64,000 nucleotides of DNA, taken from positions 4,786 through 68,785 of the forward strand of contig CAKPRA010000004.1 in NCBI GenBank assembly GCA_934180065.1, written 5' to 3'. The notes beneath the pieces were generated by a model. That model searched no databases, was not told where the DNA came from, and saw only the letters and a program-made list of their open reading frames with translations. Shown here one piece after another: positions 28,784-40,527 of this stretch. Position numbers and translations under genes: made by a program. Source of the DNA: an uncultured Clostridia bacterium (lineage in GTDB: Bacteria > Bacillota > Clostridia > TANB77 > CAG-508). The number at the start of each line of letters is the position of its first letter. The stretch's first letter is position 1.

Positions 28784-29887
28784 ATGGAGAAAATGAAGGT
28801 ATATGTAAATGCATATTTAAAATATAATTTGGGAGATGATTTATTTGTAAAAATATTGTCAGATAGGTATAAGAATATTACTTTTTATTCTTATTCAGAT
28901 TATAATTATAAAAATGTGTTTAAATCTAGTAATTTAAAAATATATGGTGGAAATTTCTATAAAATGATAAATAGGATTATTAAGGGTGTAACATTAAAAA
29001 AATACAGATTAGCAGACTCTCTTGTAAAAAGGTATAAGTTTACAATTTTTATAGGTGGCAGTATGTTTATTCAAAATTCTAATAAAGTAGAAAAATCAAT
29101 ATTGGAAAAAGCAAAAGAGTATTATGTATTAGGAAGTAATTTTGGACCATATAATAATAAAGAATATTACAATTACTATAAAAATGTATTTGAAAAAGCA
29201 AATGATGTATGTTTTAGAGACAAAAATTCATATGAGAAATTTAAAGATTTAAAAAATGTTAGATGGGCACCAGATATTGTATTTACACTTGACACATCAA
29301 ACATTAGTATAAAAAACAATAAGAAAGTTGTTATATCTATTATTGATTGTTCAAGAAAGAATAATTGCGAATATAAAGACCGTTATGAGAAAAAAATTAT
29401 TGAAATTTCAGAATATTTTATTAGAAAAGGATATGAAGTTATAATGATGTCTTTTTGCAAATTTGAGGGAGATGAATTAGCAATTGAATCAATCTATAGT
29501 AAGTGCAATGATGATTTAAAACAAAAATTAAAGAAGTATTATTATAGAGGTAATATTGAAGAAGCATTGAATGTAATGGCTGATTGTCAGATTATTGTTG
29601 GCACTAGATTTCACGCTAACATTTTGGGGTTGTTATTAGGAAAAAAAATAATTCCAATTGCATATAGTGAAAAAACTATAAATGTACTAAAGGATATGAA
29701 TTTTGAGGGTAAAATAATCAAATTAAGAGAAATAGATAAGCTTAATGTTGATAATATACTCGATAATCAAGAATTTAAATATAAAAATAATGACATTTCA
29801 TTTCAAATAGAAAATGCAGAAAAACAATTTGTTATGGTGGATGAAATACTAAGGGAAGAGGTAAGAGATGGAAGAATCAAGAACTAA
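28784..29887 (+). CDS. polysaccharide pyruvyl transferase (CsaB/WcaK family)
   Basis: N-terminal YLKYNLGDDL, and a later GTRFHANI motif. Confidence 0.65.
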   Translation: MEKMKVYVNAYLKYNLGDDLFVKILSDRYKNITFYSYSDYNYKNVFKSSNLKIYGGNFYKMINRIIKGVTLKKYRLADSLVKRYKFTIFIGGSMFIQNSNKVEKSILEKAKEYYVLGSNFGPYNNKEYYNYYKNVFEKANDVCFRDKNSYEKFKDLKNVRWAPDIVFTLDTSNISIKNNKKVVISIIDCSRKNNCEYKDRYEKKIIEISEYFIRKGYEVIMMSFCKFEGDELAIESIYSKCNDDLKQKLKKYYYRGNIEEALNVMADCQIIVGTRFHANILGLLLGKKIIPIAYSEKTINVLKDMNFEGKIIKLREIDKLNVDNILDNQEFKYKNNDISFQIENAEKQFVMVDEILREEVRDGRIKN

Positions 29888-31448
29888 AAATGCAATTAGA
29901 AATATTCAAACTGGTGCAGTAGTTCAAATGGTAAATAAAATAATGGCATTTGTTGTAAGAACTGTATTTATAAGAGTTCTTAATTCTGAATATTTAGGTG
30001 TAAATGGTTTATTTACAAACGTATTAACAATATTATCATTTGCAGAGCTAGGAATTGGAACAGCAATTATCTTTAATATGTACAAACCTGTTGCTGAGAA
30101 CAATATTGAAAAAATTAAAAGTTTAATGCAATTATATAAAAAAGCTTATAATGCAATAGGAATTATAGTTTTTTTACTAGGTTTATGTATAATTCCATTC
30201 ATGAATTTTATAGTGAAGGATGCTCCTAATATAAAAGAAAATCTTATATTAATATATATATTATTTTTATTTAACACAGCATCGTCATACTTTTTTACAT
30301 ATAAAAAATCCATAATATCAGCGCATCAAAAACAAAGTGTAATAAACAATCTTGACAGTATTTTTTATTTATTAAAAAGTATAATAGAAATCATATTCTT
30401 ATTTTTGACAAAAAATTTTATAATTTATTTATTTATTGAAATACTAGCAACATTTTTTGAAAATATTATTTTATCAATAAAAGCTGACAGAATGTATCCA
30501 TATTTAAAGGAGAGAAAAATAAAAAAATTAAGTAATGATGAAAGCAAAGTAATTTTTGGAAACGTCAAATCTTTAATTATTTATAAATTTGGTGGAGTTA
30601 TAATGAATGGTACAGATAATATTTTAATATCTGCACTTGTTAATGTGAGTACAGTGGGATATTGTTCTAATTATGTTTTGATAATCAATTCAATAAAATC
30701 TATAATAACTTCGGCTTTAAATGGTATTACAGGAAGTGTAGGAAACCTTAATGCAGTAGGAGAACCTAAACAAAAAGAAAAAGTTTTTTATCAAATAACT
30801 TTTGCAAATTATATAGTATATTCTTTTTGCTCAATTGCCTTTATAACTTTGCTAAATCCATTTATCAGCTTATGGTTAGGACAGAATTATGTTTTGGAAA
30901 TTGCTGTTTCAATATCGTTAGCAATAAGTTTTTTTATAGAAGGTTTAAGAAATCCAGGATATACATATAGAACTACATTAGGTTTATTTCAGAAAGGTAG
31001 AACTACTCCATATATTGGAGCAATTACAAATATTATTTTGTCAATTTTATTATGTAAATTATTTGGAGTAGCTGGAATATTTATTGCAACAGGAATAGCT
31101 CAATTGGTATCATATTCATGGATTGACCCATATTTAATTCATAAATATGAATTTAAAACTCCAGTAAGTAAATATTTTAAAAAATATCTTTATTATGTAG
31201 TTATATTTATTATAAATTCTCTTATTACTTTTGAAATTTCAAATCTGATTTCTATTCCAGGAATTATAGGATTAGTATTTAAGGCAATAATTACTTGCGT
31301 TATATGCAACGCAATTAATTTAATTGCATTTTGTAAAACAGATGAATTTAAAGAGTTAAAGTTAAAATTATTTGATCCATTATTAAAGAAAATAGGTAAG
31401 AAATTATGTTATAAATCTAATAATGAAATTAAAAGGAAGTGTAAATAA
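29868..31448 (+). CDS. Wzx-type oligosaccharide flippase (MOP superfamily)
   Basis: 12 to 14 TM helices. The N-terminus [32 protein letters not shown] is typical of flippases. Confidence 0.75.
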   Translation: MEESRTKNAIRNIQTGAVVQMVNKIMAFVVRTVFIRVLNSEYLGVNGLFTNVLTILSFAELGIGTAIIFNMYKPVAENNIEKIKSLMQLYKKAYNAIGIIVFLLGLCIIPFMNFIVKDAPNIKENLILIYILFLFNTASSYFFTYKKSIISAHQKQSVINNLDSIFYLLKSIIEIIFLFLTKNFIIYLFIEILATFFENIILSIKADRMYPYLKERKIKKLSNDESKVIFGNVKSLIIYKFGGVIMNGTDNILISALVNVSTVGYCSNYVLIINSIKSIITSALNGITGSVGNLNAVGEPKQKEKVFYQITFANYIVYSFCSIAFITLLNPFISLWLGQNYVLEIAVSISLAISFFIEGLRNPGYTYRTTLGLFQKGRTTPYIGAITNIILSILLCKLFGVAGIFIATGIAQLVSYSWIDPYLIHKYEFKTPVSKYFKKYLYYVVIFIINSLITFEISNLISIPGIIGLVFKAIITCVICNAINLIAFCKTDEFKELKLKLFDPLLKKIGKKLCYKSNNEIKRKCK

Positions 31449-31449
31449 A

Positions 31450-32616
31450 ATGAAAATTGCAGTAGCAGGAACAGGATATGTTGGTTTATCATTAGCAACA
31501 TTATTAAGCCCAAATAATGAGGTAATAGCATTAGATGTTATACCGGAAAAAGTAGAGAAAATAAATAACAGAATAAGTCCAATTAAAGACAAAGAAATTG
31601 AGGAATTTTTCAAAACAAAAGAATTAAATTTAAAGGCAACATTAGATTACAAAGAAGCATTTGAAGGTGCAAAATTCATAATAATAAGTACACCAACAAA
31701 TTATGACGATGAAAAAAATCATTTTGATACATCATCTGTAGAAGATATAATTCAAAAAGTAATCAGCATGAATATAAATACAACAATGGTGGTAAAATCA
31801 ACAATACCAGTTGGTTTTATAAAAGCAATGAAACAAAAATACAATATAGACAATATAATGTTCAGCCCAGAGTTCTTAAGAGAAGGAAAGGCCTTATATG
31901 ATAATCTATATCCATCAAGAATTATAGTGGGAGAAAAATCCGAAAGAGCACAAGAATTTGCTAACTTACTAAAAAATGCAAGTTTAAAAGATAATGTTGA
32001 AGTAAAATTCATGGATTCAACAGAAGCGGAAGCGGTTAAATTATTCGCAAATACATACTTAGCTCTAAGAGTAGCATATTTCAACGAATTAGATACATAT
32101 GCTGAAATTAAAGGCTTAAATACTAAAGACATAATTGAAGGAGTATGCCTAGATCCACGAATTGGAAGTCATTACAACAATCCTTCATTTGGTTATGGTG
32201 GATATTGTTTACCAAAAGACACTAAACAATTATTAGCAAATTATGACAATGTACCACAAAACTTAATAAGAGCTATAGTTAGATCAAACAGAACAAGAAA
32301 GAAACACATAACAGAAATGATAATGCGTAAAAATCCAGAAACAGTTGGAGTATACAGACTAACAATGAAAAGTGGTTCAGATAACTTCAGAGCAAGTGCA
32401 ATTCAAGAAATAATAGACAGATTAAAATTAGAAGGTGTTGATGTTATAATATACGAACCAACATTAAAAGCAGAGCAATTTAATAATTGCAAAGTTATAA
32501 ACAACTTTGAAGAATTTTCTAAAAAATCAGATGTAATTTTAGCAAACAGACTTGAAGAAGAGCTAAAGGTTGTGAAGGATAAAGTTTATACAAGGGATTT
32601 GTATAGTAGGGATTAG
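31450..32616 (+). CDS. ugd: UDP-glucose 6-dehydrogenase
   Basis: [14 protein letters not shown] Rossmann fold. Catalytic GGYCLPKD. Confidence 0.9.
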   Translation: MKIAVAGTGYVGLSLATLLSPNNEVIALDVIPEKVEKINNRISPIKDKEIEEFFKTKELNLKATLDYKEAFEGAKFIIISTPTNYDDEKNHFDTSSVEDIIQKVISMNINTTMVVKSTIPVGFIKAMKQKYNIDNIMFSPEFLREGKALYDNLYPSRIIVGEKSERAQEFANLLKNASLKDNVEVKFMDSTEAEAVKLFANTYLALRVAYFNELDTYAEIKGLNTKDIIEGVCLDPRIGSHYNNPSFGYGGYCLPKDTKQLLANYDNVPQNLIRAIVRSNRTRKKHITEMIMRKNPETVGVYRLTMKSGSDNFRASAIQEIIDRLKLEGVDVIIYEPTLKAEQFNNCKVINNFEEFSKKSDVILANRLEEELKVVKDKVYTRDLYSRD

Positions 32617-32645
32617 AAATTAATTTGAATATCAAAAATGAATAT

Positions 32646-32680
32646 AAAAACATGGGAATAAAAATCCATGTTTTTTATTT
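32646..32680 (+). terminator. rho-independent terminator ending the polysaccharide locus
   Basis: aaaaacatgggaataaaaatccatgttttttatttttttc. Confidence 0.65.
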
Positions 32681-32772
32681 TTTTCGATAAATTATGACAA
32701 ACTTTGCAAAAAATTAGTGCTATATATTAGTTGATAAGTTTTTACTAAATAAATATTTAAGGAGGAAAAAAT

Positions 32773-33045
32773 ATGAAAGCTACAAAGATTATGATGAAAT
32801 CAAGTAATTCATCAAATTCATTATTAGAAATTGATTCAATATATATAGATGAATTATGTAGACTTATAAAGAAAGAAAAATTATATGATAAAATTGAGTA
32901 TGAAAATTGGAAAGTAAATGTCGATATAGGACCATATTATCCTAAAGTGGAAGGTGTTATAAGTAATGGAGAAAAGTATGTTAAATCAGTACCAAATGAT
33001 AGTAATGTAGATAATTTATTGTGTTTGCCTAAAGTGAAAATATAA
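32773..33045 (+). CDS. hypothetical small protein
   Basis: ORF with an RBS (aaggagg). No recognisable family. Confidence 0.4.
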   Translation: MKATKIMMKSSNSSNSLLEIDSIYIDELCRLIKKEKLYDKIEYENWKVNVDIGPYYPKVEGVISNGEKYVKSVPNDSNVDNLLCLPKVKI

Positions 33046-33100
33046 TTATGTAAGAATAAAAAGTAAAAACTTATCAAATAATTTAAAAGGATGGCATTTT

Positions 33101-33523
33101 ATGGAAGAAATAAGAGAACAGCTATTAAGAAAAATACCAAACAATGTTGATGGTAGTATATATATATCATATGAGGAAAGTGAAAAAAGCCAAAGAGAAA
33201 TTGAAAAATTAAAAAATGAAAAGTGGGTTGATTATATAGAAAGTTCGGGAAAAGGTAAGATTAAGGTATTTGTGTTAAATCAATATTTAAATAATGAAAA
33301 ATTCGAACAGGATAAAACAGAAGTGATAAAGAAAATTACAAAAAAAATTGAAAATGGATATAAAGGAGATAAAATTTTTAATTTAGATATTGGAGTTATG
33401 GGAAATTATAGAATTGAGATATGCAATTATTTGGTAAATGCAGATTATATTGCGTCATATGAATTAGTAGGAAATAGTAAAATTTCATGTAAAATTAATA
33501 GAAAAAGAGTTGAAACGAAGTAA
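33101..33523 (+). CDS. hypothetical protein
   Basis: ORF with an RBS. No recognisable family. Confidence 0.4.
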   Translation: MEEIREQLLRKIPNNVDGSIYISYEESEKSQREIEKLKNEKWVDYIESSGKGKIKVFVLNQYLNNEKFEQDKTEVIKKITKKIENGYKGDKIFNLDIGVMGNYRIEICNYLVNADYIASYELVGNSKISCKINRKRVETK

Positions 33524-33949
33524 TAAACATATGACTGAAATCTTAATCTAAATAAAAATGTAGAAAAATGAAAAAATAGGTAGTATTATCTTGAAAAAAC
33601 ACAGAAAAAATGATAAAATACTTTCAATAAGTTTTTATAATTTTCTGTGTTTAATATATAAAATAATTCACACCTAATTTATAACATTAAACATTTTTTC
33701 AATCAATAGTTTTTAATAATTGTAATACAAATGAAATACAAATGTAACATCCATGTAACAATCAAAATAACATAAAAGCTTATTAATCAAAAGATGAGAG
33801 GAGTGATAAGTTTTATATTTATTTTGAATTGTATTGAAAATGATATGTTTTCAATTGGATGTTGAATATGAATTTGATAAAAGAATTTACTGCATATTAC
33901 ATGCGGTTTATTCTTTTTTTATTTTATCATTTTGTAGGAGGAAATTTGT

Positions 33950-35371
33950 ATGAATATATATGGAAGAAAAATTATTATTGATAGAAAAATGGGGAAAATA
34001 TTATGTGAAAGTGAAATTGTAAAAAATAAAGAATACAATTGGTTATTAAATCAATTATTATATACGGGAAATACCAAGAAAAATGAAAAATATGAATTAA
34101 ATATTCAAGATATTCAAAATTTAGATTACTCACAAAAATCATTTTTAGACTCGTCTGCATATGACGAATTATATAAAACAGCTTGTAACGAATGGTTTAT
34201 TTATGATATAGTAGATAATGAACAAGAGTCAGAATGCGCTTTGTGTGGAGAAAAGAAAAATAAAAAAAAGTACTACATTAAAAATATAAAAAACGGAAAA
34301 ATATTAAATATTGGTAGTACATGTATTGAAAATTTTAGAGATATAAGAGACAAAAATGGAAAAACAATAAAGCAACTTGATAAAGAGTTTTTGACAAGAG
34401 CAAGAGAGAAAAAATTAAATAATTTGTATCCTGGAATTATTAAAAGAATAGATTGCTTTTATAAAAGAGTAGATGACCTACCAACAATTGTAAATGAAAA
34501 TTTGGAAAAGAAATATAACGAAAAATATTCTAAAATCAAAACTATTTACGAGAAATATAAAAAGAATAAGAAACTTGATACAAGATTAGCATATGAGATA
34601 AATGATTTATTAAATAAAGGCGATGAAATATTTGAATTAATACATAAGGATATTGATGAGAAAAGAAAAGATGAATGGTATATATCTAAAGAAATAAAAG
34701 ATTGGTGCTATAGAAATTATGATGATAATGTTGATACAATAAATTTTCTAAAAAGAGATGGTGTAATAAAGTTAAGGTCTGCTTGGAGAATAACAGAAAG
34801 CAATTTAGTAAATAAAGTAGTCGAGAAATTTAATAGAATTTTTATACAATATAATACAAAAATTGTTCAGTATAATAATCAAAATAAAAAAGTTATACTT
34901 AATATAGAAACTAGAAATAAATATACTAAACAGATAAATTTAGAGCACTCATATAAAGACTTGTTGATAAATTATGGAGAAGAAATATTTGAGAAAAAAT
35001 CTGTAATAAATGAAACATCTATCGAGCAAATAATAAAAGATTCAAACATAAATGATGTTATATCTTTAAATAGAGCATTAGAGTGTATAAAAAATCTAAC
35101 AAATAATGTAGAGATAAAAAAATGTGACTTTGATTATAATGAGTTAATTATTAAGCTTTACCAAGATAACAAACATTATTATAAAATTAATGCCAAAAGG
35201 TGTATTAATAACTTTAAAGAAAATATATATAATAATAAATTTATTGAAAATGATAAGATTACGACATATTTAAATAAAAATGCTGAAATTATAAGTATTA
35301 TAGATTATGATAAGAAAGGAATTTCTAATGAAAGTATTGAACATTTAATTAGAAAAGGTTATGTACAATAA
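33950..35371 (+). CDS. large hypothetical protein with a CxxC...C cluster, immediately upstream of the RM system
   Basis: 473 aa. RBS (aggagg). Contains CALCGEKK...GSTCIENF. Unknown family. Confidence 0.45.
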   Translation: MNIYGRKIIIDRKMGKILCESEIVKNKEYNWLLNQLLYTGNTKKNEKYELNIQDIQNLDYSQKSFLDSSAYDELYKTACNEWFIYDIVDNEQESECALCGEKKNKKKYYIKNIKNGKILNIGSTCIENFRDIRDKNGKTIKQLDKEFLTRAREKKLNNLYPGIIKRIDCFYKRVDDLPTIVNENLEKKYNEKYSKIKTIYEKYKKNKKLDTRLAYEINDLLNKGDEIFELIHKDIDEKRKDEWYISKEIKDWCYRNYDDNVDTINFLKRDGVIKLRSAWRITESNLVNKVVEKFNRIFIQYNTKIVQYNNQNKKVILNIETRNKYTKQINLEHSYKDLLINYGEEIFEKKSVINETSIEQIIKDSNINDVISLNRALECIKNLTNNVEIKKCDFDYNELIIKLYQDNKHYYKINAKRCINNFKENIYNNKFIENDKITTYLNKNAEIISIIDYDKKGISNESIEHLIRKGYVQ

Positions 35372-35803
35372 CACGAAATATATATTGTTAATCGAAATAA
35401 TGAGGTATATAGAAAAATTTGTGTAAAGTTTAAAAATACACCTTCTTATGATAATATATAAATGTCATAAGGAGGTTTTTTATATGGCAAAAAGAGAAAA
35501 AATAGTTGTTGAAAAAGGACAAAAAGATATACTTGGATTTTACATAGGAGATTCAGAAAGTGCAAAATTATTGGATGAGTGTACTGAATGAATTTATAAA
35601 ATATTTTTTGTATACCAAATTTTGCTAATTGACTTGATTTATTAACTTTAAAGAGCGATAAATACAATTAAAAAATAAAGATGGCACAATATAACGAAAC
35701 ATATAATAAATATCAATAAATATAATAAAACCACTTGATGATTATTTGATTTAAATATATAATAGATATGTAAATTATAAGAAAGCATAGAGGTGGAATT
35801 TTT

Positions 35804-35998
35804 ATGATAAATAGATTAGATGACAATTATATAGGTATAGAAGAAGCTGCTGAATATTTAGGAATAAAGGTAGTAACTTTGAGGACTTGGATAAAAATAA
35901 AACCTGAATTGCCAGCACATAAAATAGGAAAGCAGTGGAAGTTCAAAAAAACAGAGCTTGATGAATGGGTAAAAAGTGGAGAAAGCGCAATTGGGTAG
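35804..35998 (+). CDS. excisionase-family HTH DNA-binding protein
   Basis: 64 aa. IEEAAEYLGIKVVTLRTWIK is an Xis/MerR-like HTH. Confidence 0.6.
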   Translation: MINRLDDNYIGIEEAAEYLGIKVVTLRTWIKIKPELPAHKIGKQWKFKKTELDEWVKSGESAIG

Positions 35999-36038
35999 TT
36001 TTATGCAAAAATGTGCATAGTACAGAAAGGAGATAAAC

Positions 36039-39000
36039 ATGATTGATACTAAGGTTGCAAAATTATGGTCTTCCTTAAACAAAAAAAGCAAAGACATCGA
36101 AAATAAAATTGATACTTTGGTAAGAAAAAGAACAGGAAGTTATTATACGGATATAGAACTTACTGATGTTATGATGAATGAGTTAATAGAACAATTAAGA
36201 AATTCAAATTCATCAAAGAAACTTTGTGATTATAAATTTTTAGAACCTTGCATAGGTACTGGAAATTTCGTGTTTTCATATATTAAGACTATAGCTAAAA
36301 CAGGGCTTAGTAAAGAAGATGCTAAATGTATGTTGAATAATATTTATGTTGCAGATATAAATAAAGAGGCACTTAAAGGGTATAAAGAATCATTAAGTGA
36401 AATTGCATGGTTGTTTTGGAAGATAAAATTAACAAATGAATATTTTGAAAAACATATAGGAACAGGATTATTAATTGATGTAACAAAAGGTGAATTAAAT
36501 TATATTTCAATTAATGATGTATTTCAAGAAGATGTTATAAATGGAGGATTTGATATTGTTGCAACAAATCCACCATATAAAAATTTGAAAGCTGAACAAG
36601 GACAGTATAAAAGTGATGATGAATATGATAAAGATAAAGATAAATATTCAGTAATCTCAAAAATAGTAAAAAGAAATTTTAAATATTCAACTGATGGGGT
36701 ATTAAATTTATATAAATTGTTTGTTGAAGAAATAATTGATAAATATGCAAACAAAAACGCTTTTATTAGTTTATTGATTCCTGCATCAATAATGTCTGAT
36801 AAAACCTGTATGAAATTAAGAACACATATATTAGAGGATAATAAACTGATATCTGTAAAGGTAATTGAAGAAAACAACAAATATATAGATGCTCAACAAG
36901 CGTTATGTTCCGTTCTTATAAAAAAGGGAGAAAAAACTGATAATGTAAATATAACAAAAGATTACTGTAATGCACCAGGAGATATAGCAAAAGTAAAAAT
37001 TAAAGATATTTTAAATGTCAATACAGGAAATGCTATTATAGCGATTTCATCAAAAGAATATAATGTTTTGAATAAATTAAGAAAGTTCCCTGTAGTTAAA
37101 GATTTACCTTTTATTATAAATTTAAGGGGAGAGCTAGACTTAACTGCTAATAAGAAATATATAACAGAGAAGGATACTGGTTATTCATTGATTAGAGGAA
37201 GAAATATTGGTTATTATAATTTGATGAGTACTCCAAATGTTGAATTTGTTTCTAGTGATTTTATGAATATAACAAAGAAAAAATGTTACATTGAAAAAGA
37301 AAGAATCATATGTCAACAAATAGCAAATATGAACAAAGAACGACGAGTTGCATTTGCTTTAATTTCAAAAAATTACATATTAGGAAATTCATGTAATTTC
37401 ATTTCAGTAGAAGAAAATTCATATGGAATAGATATATATGCTATTTTGGGATTATTCAATACTAAAATTATAAATTGGTTATTCAAATTAACAAGTAGTA
37501 ATAATCATGTAAATAATTATGAAATAGACTGTTTTCCTGTTCCAGTGAAAGCTAAAGAATTAAAAGAAATATCAATTCTAACTCAGAAATATTTAAAAGA
37601 ACAAGATGAAAAAATTATTGAAGAAATAGAAAAATTAGCTAATATAGCATATGGTATAGAGAAAAACACTGAAGAGTATGCTGTAAATAAAAATGATGAT
37701 TATCTTAATGAATTTTTAACTGCAATTAGATATATTATACCTAAAATAACAAAAGAGAAAGCACAGAGCATTCTTGACGGTAAAGAAAAAATAGATTATT
37801 GTTTAGAGGGATTAAATAAATTTGAAAGAAACGTAGCAAAAGGAATAGCAGAAAAATATACGTTATTATTTCAAGGTAAATTACTAAATCACACTACATT
37901 TAAATTAAGTGACCTAGATCTCGAGATGATAAAAAATGTACCACAAGGGGGAAATTGGAAAGATATTCCGATGGAAACTGTCGAAAAATCTCAAAGATTA
38001 AAGCGTATAACTCAAACAGGAGGAAGAACTACATTATACGGAAGGATTGATTATGAAAAGCCAAGCTATACAATAACAACCTATTTTAACAGACCAGGTA
38101 ATGGGACATATGTTCATCCTGTTCATGAAAGGGTTTTATCTGTTAGAGAAGCAGCGAGATTTCAAGGATTTAAAGATGATTATTACTTTTATGGTAATAA
38201 AACACAATATTTAAAACAAATTGGAAATGCTGTGCCAACATTACTTGCTTATCAAATAGGCAGAGAAATAAAAGAAAAAACGGGTTGCTATAAATCAATT
38301 GATTTATTTTGTGGAGCTGGTGGAATGACTGCTGGTTTTAAAGCTGCGGGAATAAAATCTTTATTAAGTAATGATATTGAAGAAAGTGCTTGTACTACAT
38401 TAAAAATTAATAATCCAGAAATAAATGTTTTATGTGGAGATATTACAGGAAAAGAAACAAAGGATATTATTGAAAAAGCGGCACTTGCAGGAGAAGCAGA
38501 TATTATATGTGGTGGTCCACCATGTCAAGGTTTTTCTATGGCAGGTTTTAGATTAGAGAATGACCCTAGAAATCAGTTGTTTCGAGAGTTTGTTGATATA
38601 GTTAAAAGAGTAAGTCCAAAAGTTATTGTGTTTGAAAATGTAGAAGGATTATTAAGCTACCAAGGTGGAAAAACATATCGTGAAGTTCATACATTGTTTG
38701 GAGAACTTGGATATAATACAGAAGGTAGAACTTTAATTGCAAGTGAATATGCTGTACCACAAAAGCGAAAAAGGGTAATTATTATTTGCACTAGAAAAGA
38801 TATGCCTTTTTTTCCGGCTGATTTATTTCCAAAGGCTATAACTACTGAGGAAAAAAATCAAGTTACAGCGCGAGAAACAATATCAGATTTAGAAAATGTT
38901 TTATGCGATGAAAATGCAAGATATGTAGATGTTAATGAATCAGAGATTCTTGAATTTTTTAAGGGAGAAATTACATATGAAGAGTATATTAATTCAAAAT

Positions 39001-39071
39001 CTCATGAAGAGCAAAATCTAAAGATAGCAGCAGGACAATATGAACAAATTAGTTGCATGAATTTACTATAA
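36039..39071 (+). CDS. bifunctional DNA methyltransferase: an N-terminal N6-adenine MTase (NPPY) fused to a C-terminal, circularly permuted C5-cytosine MTase
   Basis: The N-terminal domain carries DIVATNPPY. The C-terminal half has RVLSVREAARFQGF...GNAVP (motifs IX/X) placed before IDLFCGAGG (I), GGPPCQGFS (IV), ENV (VI) and QKRKRVIII (VIII). Confidence 0.85.
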   Translation: MIDTKVAKLWSSLNKKSKDIENKIDTLVRKRTGSYYTDIELTDVMMNELIEQLRNSNSSKKLCDYKFLEPCIGTGNFVFSYIKTIAKTGLSKEDAKCMLNNIYVADINKEALKGYKESLSEIAWLFWKIKLTNEYFEKHIGTGLLIDVTKGELNYISINDVFQEDVINGGFDIVATNPPYKNLKAEQGQYKSDDEYDKDKDKYSVISKIVKRNFKYSTDGVLNLYKLFVEEIIDKYANKNAFISLLIPASIMSDKTCMKLRTHILEDNKLISVKVIEENNKYIDAQQALCSVLIKKGEKTDNVNITKDYCNAPGDIAKVKIKDILNVNTGNAIIAISSKEYNVLNKLRKFPVVKDLPFIINLRGELDLTANKKYITEKDTGYSLIRGRNIGYYNLMSTPNVEFVSSDFMNITKKKCYIEKERIICQQIANMNKERRVAFALISKNYILGNSCNFISVEENSYGIDIYAILGLFNTKIINWLFKLTSSNNHVNNYEIDCFPVPVKAKELKEISILTQKYLKEQDEKIIEEIEKLANIAYGIEKNTEEYAVNKNDDYLNEFLTAIRYIIPKITKEKAQSILDGKEKIDYCLEGLNKFERNVAKGIAEKYTLLFQGKLLNHTTFKLSDLDLEMIKNVPQGGNWKDIPMETVEKSQRLKRITQTGGRTTLYGRIDYEKPSYTITTYFNRPGNGTYVHPVHERVLSVREAARFQGFKDDYYFYGNKTQYLKQIGNAVPTLLAYQIGREIKEKTGCYKSIDLFCGAGGMTAGFKAAGIKSLLSNDIEESACTTLKINNPEINVLCGDITGKETKDIIEKAALAGEADIICGGPPCQGFSMAGFRLENDPRNQLFREFVDIVKRVSPKVIVFENVEGLLSYQGGKTYREVHTLFGELGYNTEGRTLIASEYAVPQKRKRVIIICTRKDMPFFPADLFPKAITTEEKNQVTARETISDLENVLCDENARYVDVNESEILEFFKGEITYEEYINSKSHEEQNLKIAAGQYEQISCMNLL

Positions 39072-39075
39072 TTTA

Positions 39076-39112
39076 AAAGAATGATTATCGATTTTTATGA
39101 TAATCATTCTTT
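39076..39112. terminator. bidirectional terminator between the convergent M and R genes
   Basis: aaaagaatgattatcgatttttatgataatcattctttt is a perfect hairpin. Confidence 0.7.
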
Positions 39113-39116
39113 TAAA

Positions 39117-40526
39117 TTATAGTATGTTTATTATTCTTTTTTCTATTTTTTCTATTAAACTAATTAATTTCTTTTTACAATAATCGGTTGATTTTCCTTG
39201 TTCAATATCAGTACATAGAGAATTAAGAATTTTTAATTCCTCAGGGTTTAAATAGTGTTTTCTGTTACGATTATCTTTTTCATTGTAATCATATACAGCT
39301 TCTATAGCAATTCGTTTATATCTTTCTGTTTCATTTTGATTTCTGCCGGTATAATGTCTATTAGTTTTACTAATAATATTACCTTTTTTATCAAAAGTAT
39401 AAGAATATTTAAAATATTCATAATTTGGTTCTAAAAATGCAGAAACAAGAAAATTTTCACCATTATTTGGGCAGGTTTCTAATATTGTTAGTAAAACATA
39501 CATAAAATTTGCCATATTTTGTTTTAATGCATCACGATATAGTGATGGTACTTTGTCTGGATTTGAAGAATAATTCTTTTTTATAAATTCCCAGATAAGT
39601 CTTGATTGCCAAGACATTGGATATATTCCTGTTCTTTTTTCTGTTTTTAATATATTTTCAATATCTATGATTTGTAAACGATCACGTTTCGAAGAATTAT
39701 CACTACTAGACATGGGCTGTAAATAATGTGAATCATGAACAAATCCAAGAGAAATAGGACCAATGTGGTCAGCAGATATACCGTCAAAAAAACTACTACC
39801 CATAAATTGATTAGCAGCATGAATATTTCCGTCACTCCAATATTCATATGCTCTTCTGTCTTTTGTATATGATTTTAGATTTATTTTTGAACGTCCTTTA
39901 TCTTGAGTAGCTCTGCAACAACGATTATATGTATGAAATCCATCAAAACGGTCTGGAAAATTTGACATTGCTCCTGGACCTAAACATTTTTTATTTCCTT
40001 TGCGACAAGCATATTCTAAATTTTCGATTATTTCATCCTTATTGGAAGTAGACGCATTTAATTTTAACTGTCCTTTGTTAATAAGAAATTCCGCAATTTC
40101 TATTTTTTTAATTCCTTGGTTTATTAATTCATCCCATATATCATTTATATTATCACAGCTAGAAAATTCATAATTGAATTTTTTGTTTAGTGATTTTAAA
40201 AAATTAGCATTTGGATAATGATAATATAAAGACATCTCTTTTCCGCAAATTTGACATACTTTCCATTTGGTTGGGTGTATTTCTAGCATAACATCAGCAT
40301 ACATTCCTGGATAATCTTTATCATCAGATATAAAATTTAATTCTTTAGCTTTAGAAATACACCAATTTTTGCGTTGTTTACCAATTTCTGACTGAGCTGT
40401 TGCAATCCAATTATAAGTTCCATCTGCCTTTTGTGTGATTGGTAATCCTTTGTAATTAGGATGATTTATAATCATTTCCATATATTTTTGAAATCTATGA
40501 TGCCATATTTTTTCTTCTATTGCCAT
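39117..40526 (-). CDS. putative restriction endonuclease (probably type IIS, HNH/Cys-rich)
   Basis: Convergent with the fused MTase, and immediately downstream of the C-protein gene, with translational coupling. Cys pairs CQIC and RCC are present. The likely start is MAIEEK, which has an RBS. Confidence 0.55.
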   Translation of the reverse strand: MAIEEKIWHHRFQKYMEMIINHPNYKGLPITQKADGTYNWIATAQSEIGKQRKNWCISKAKELNFISDDKDYPGMYADVMLEIHPTKWKVCQICGKEMSLYYHYPNANFLKSLNKKFNYEFSSCDNINDIWDELINQGIKKIEIAEFLINKGQLKLNASTSNKDEIIENLEYACRKGNKKCLGPGAMSNFPDRFDGFHTYNRCCRATQDKGRSKINLKSYTKDRRAYEYWSDGNIHAANQFMGSSFFDGISADHIGPISLGFVHDSHYLQPMSSSDNSSKRDRLQIIDIENILKTEKRTGIYPMSWQSRLIWEFIKKNYSSNPDKVPSLYRDALKQNMANFMYVLLTILETCPNNGENFLVSAFLEPNYEYFKYSYTFDKKGNIISKTNRHYTGRNQNETERYKRIAIEAVYDYNEKDNRNRKHYLNPEELKILNSLCTDIEQGKSTDYCKKKLISLIEKIEKRIINIL

Positions 40527-40527
40527 A

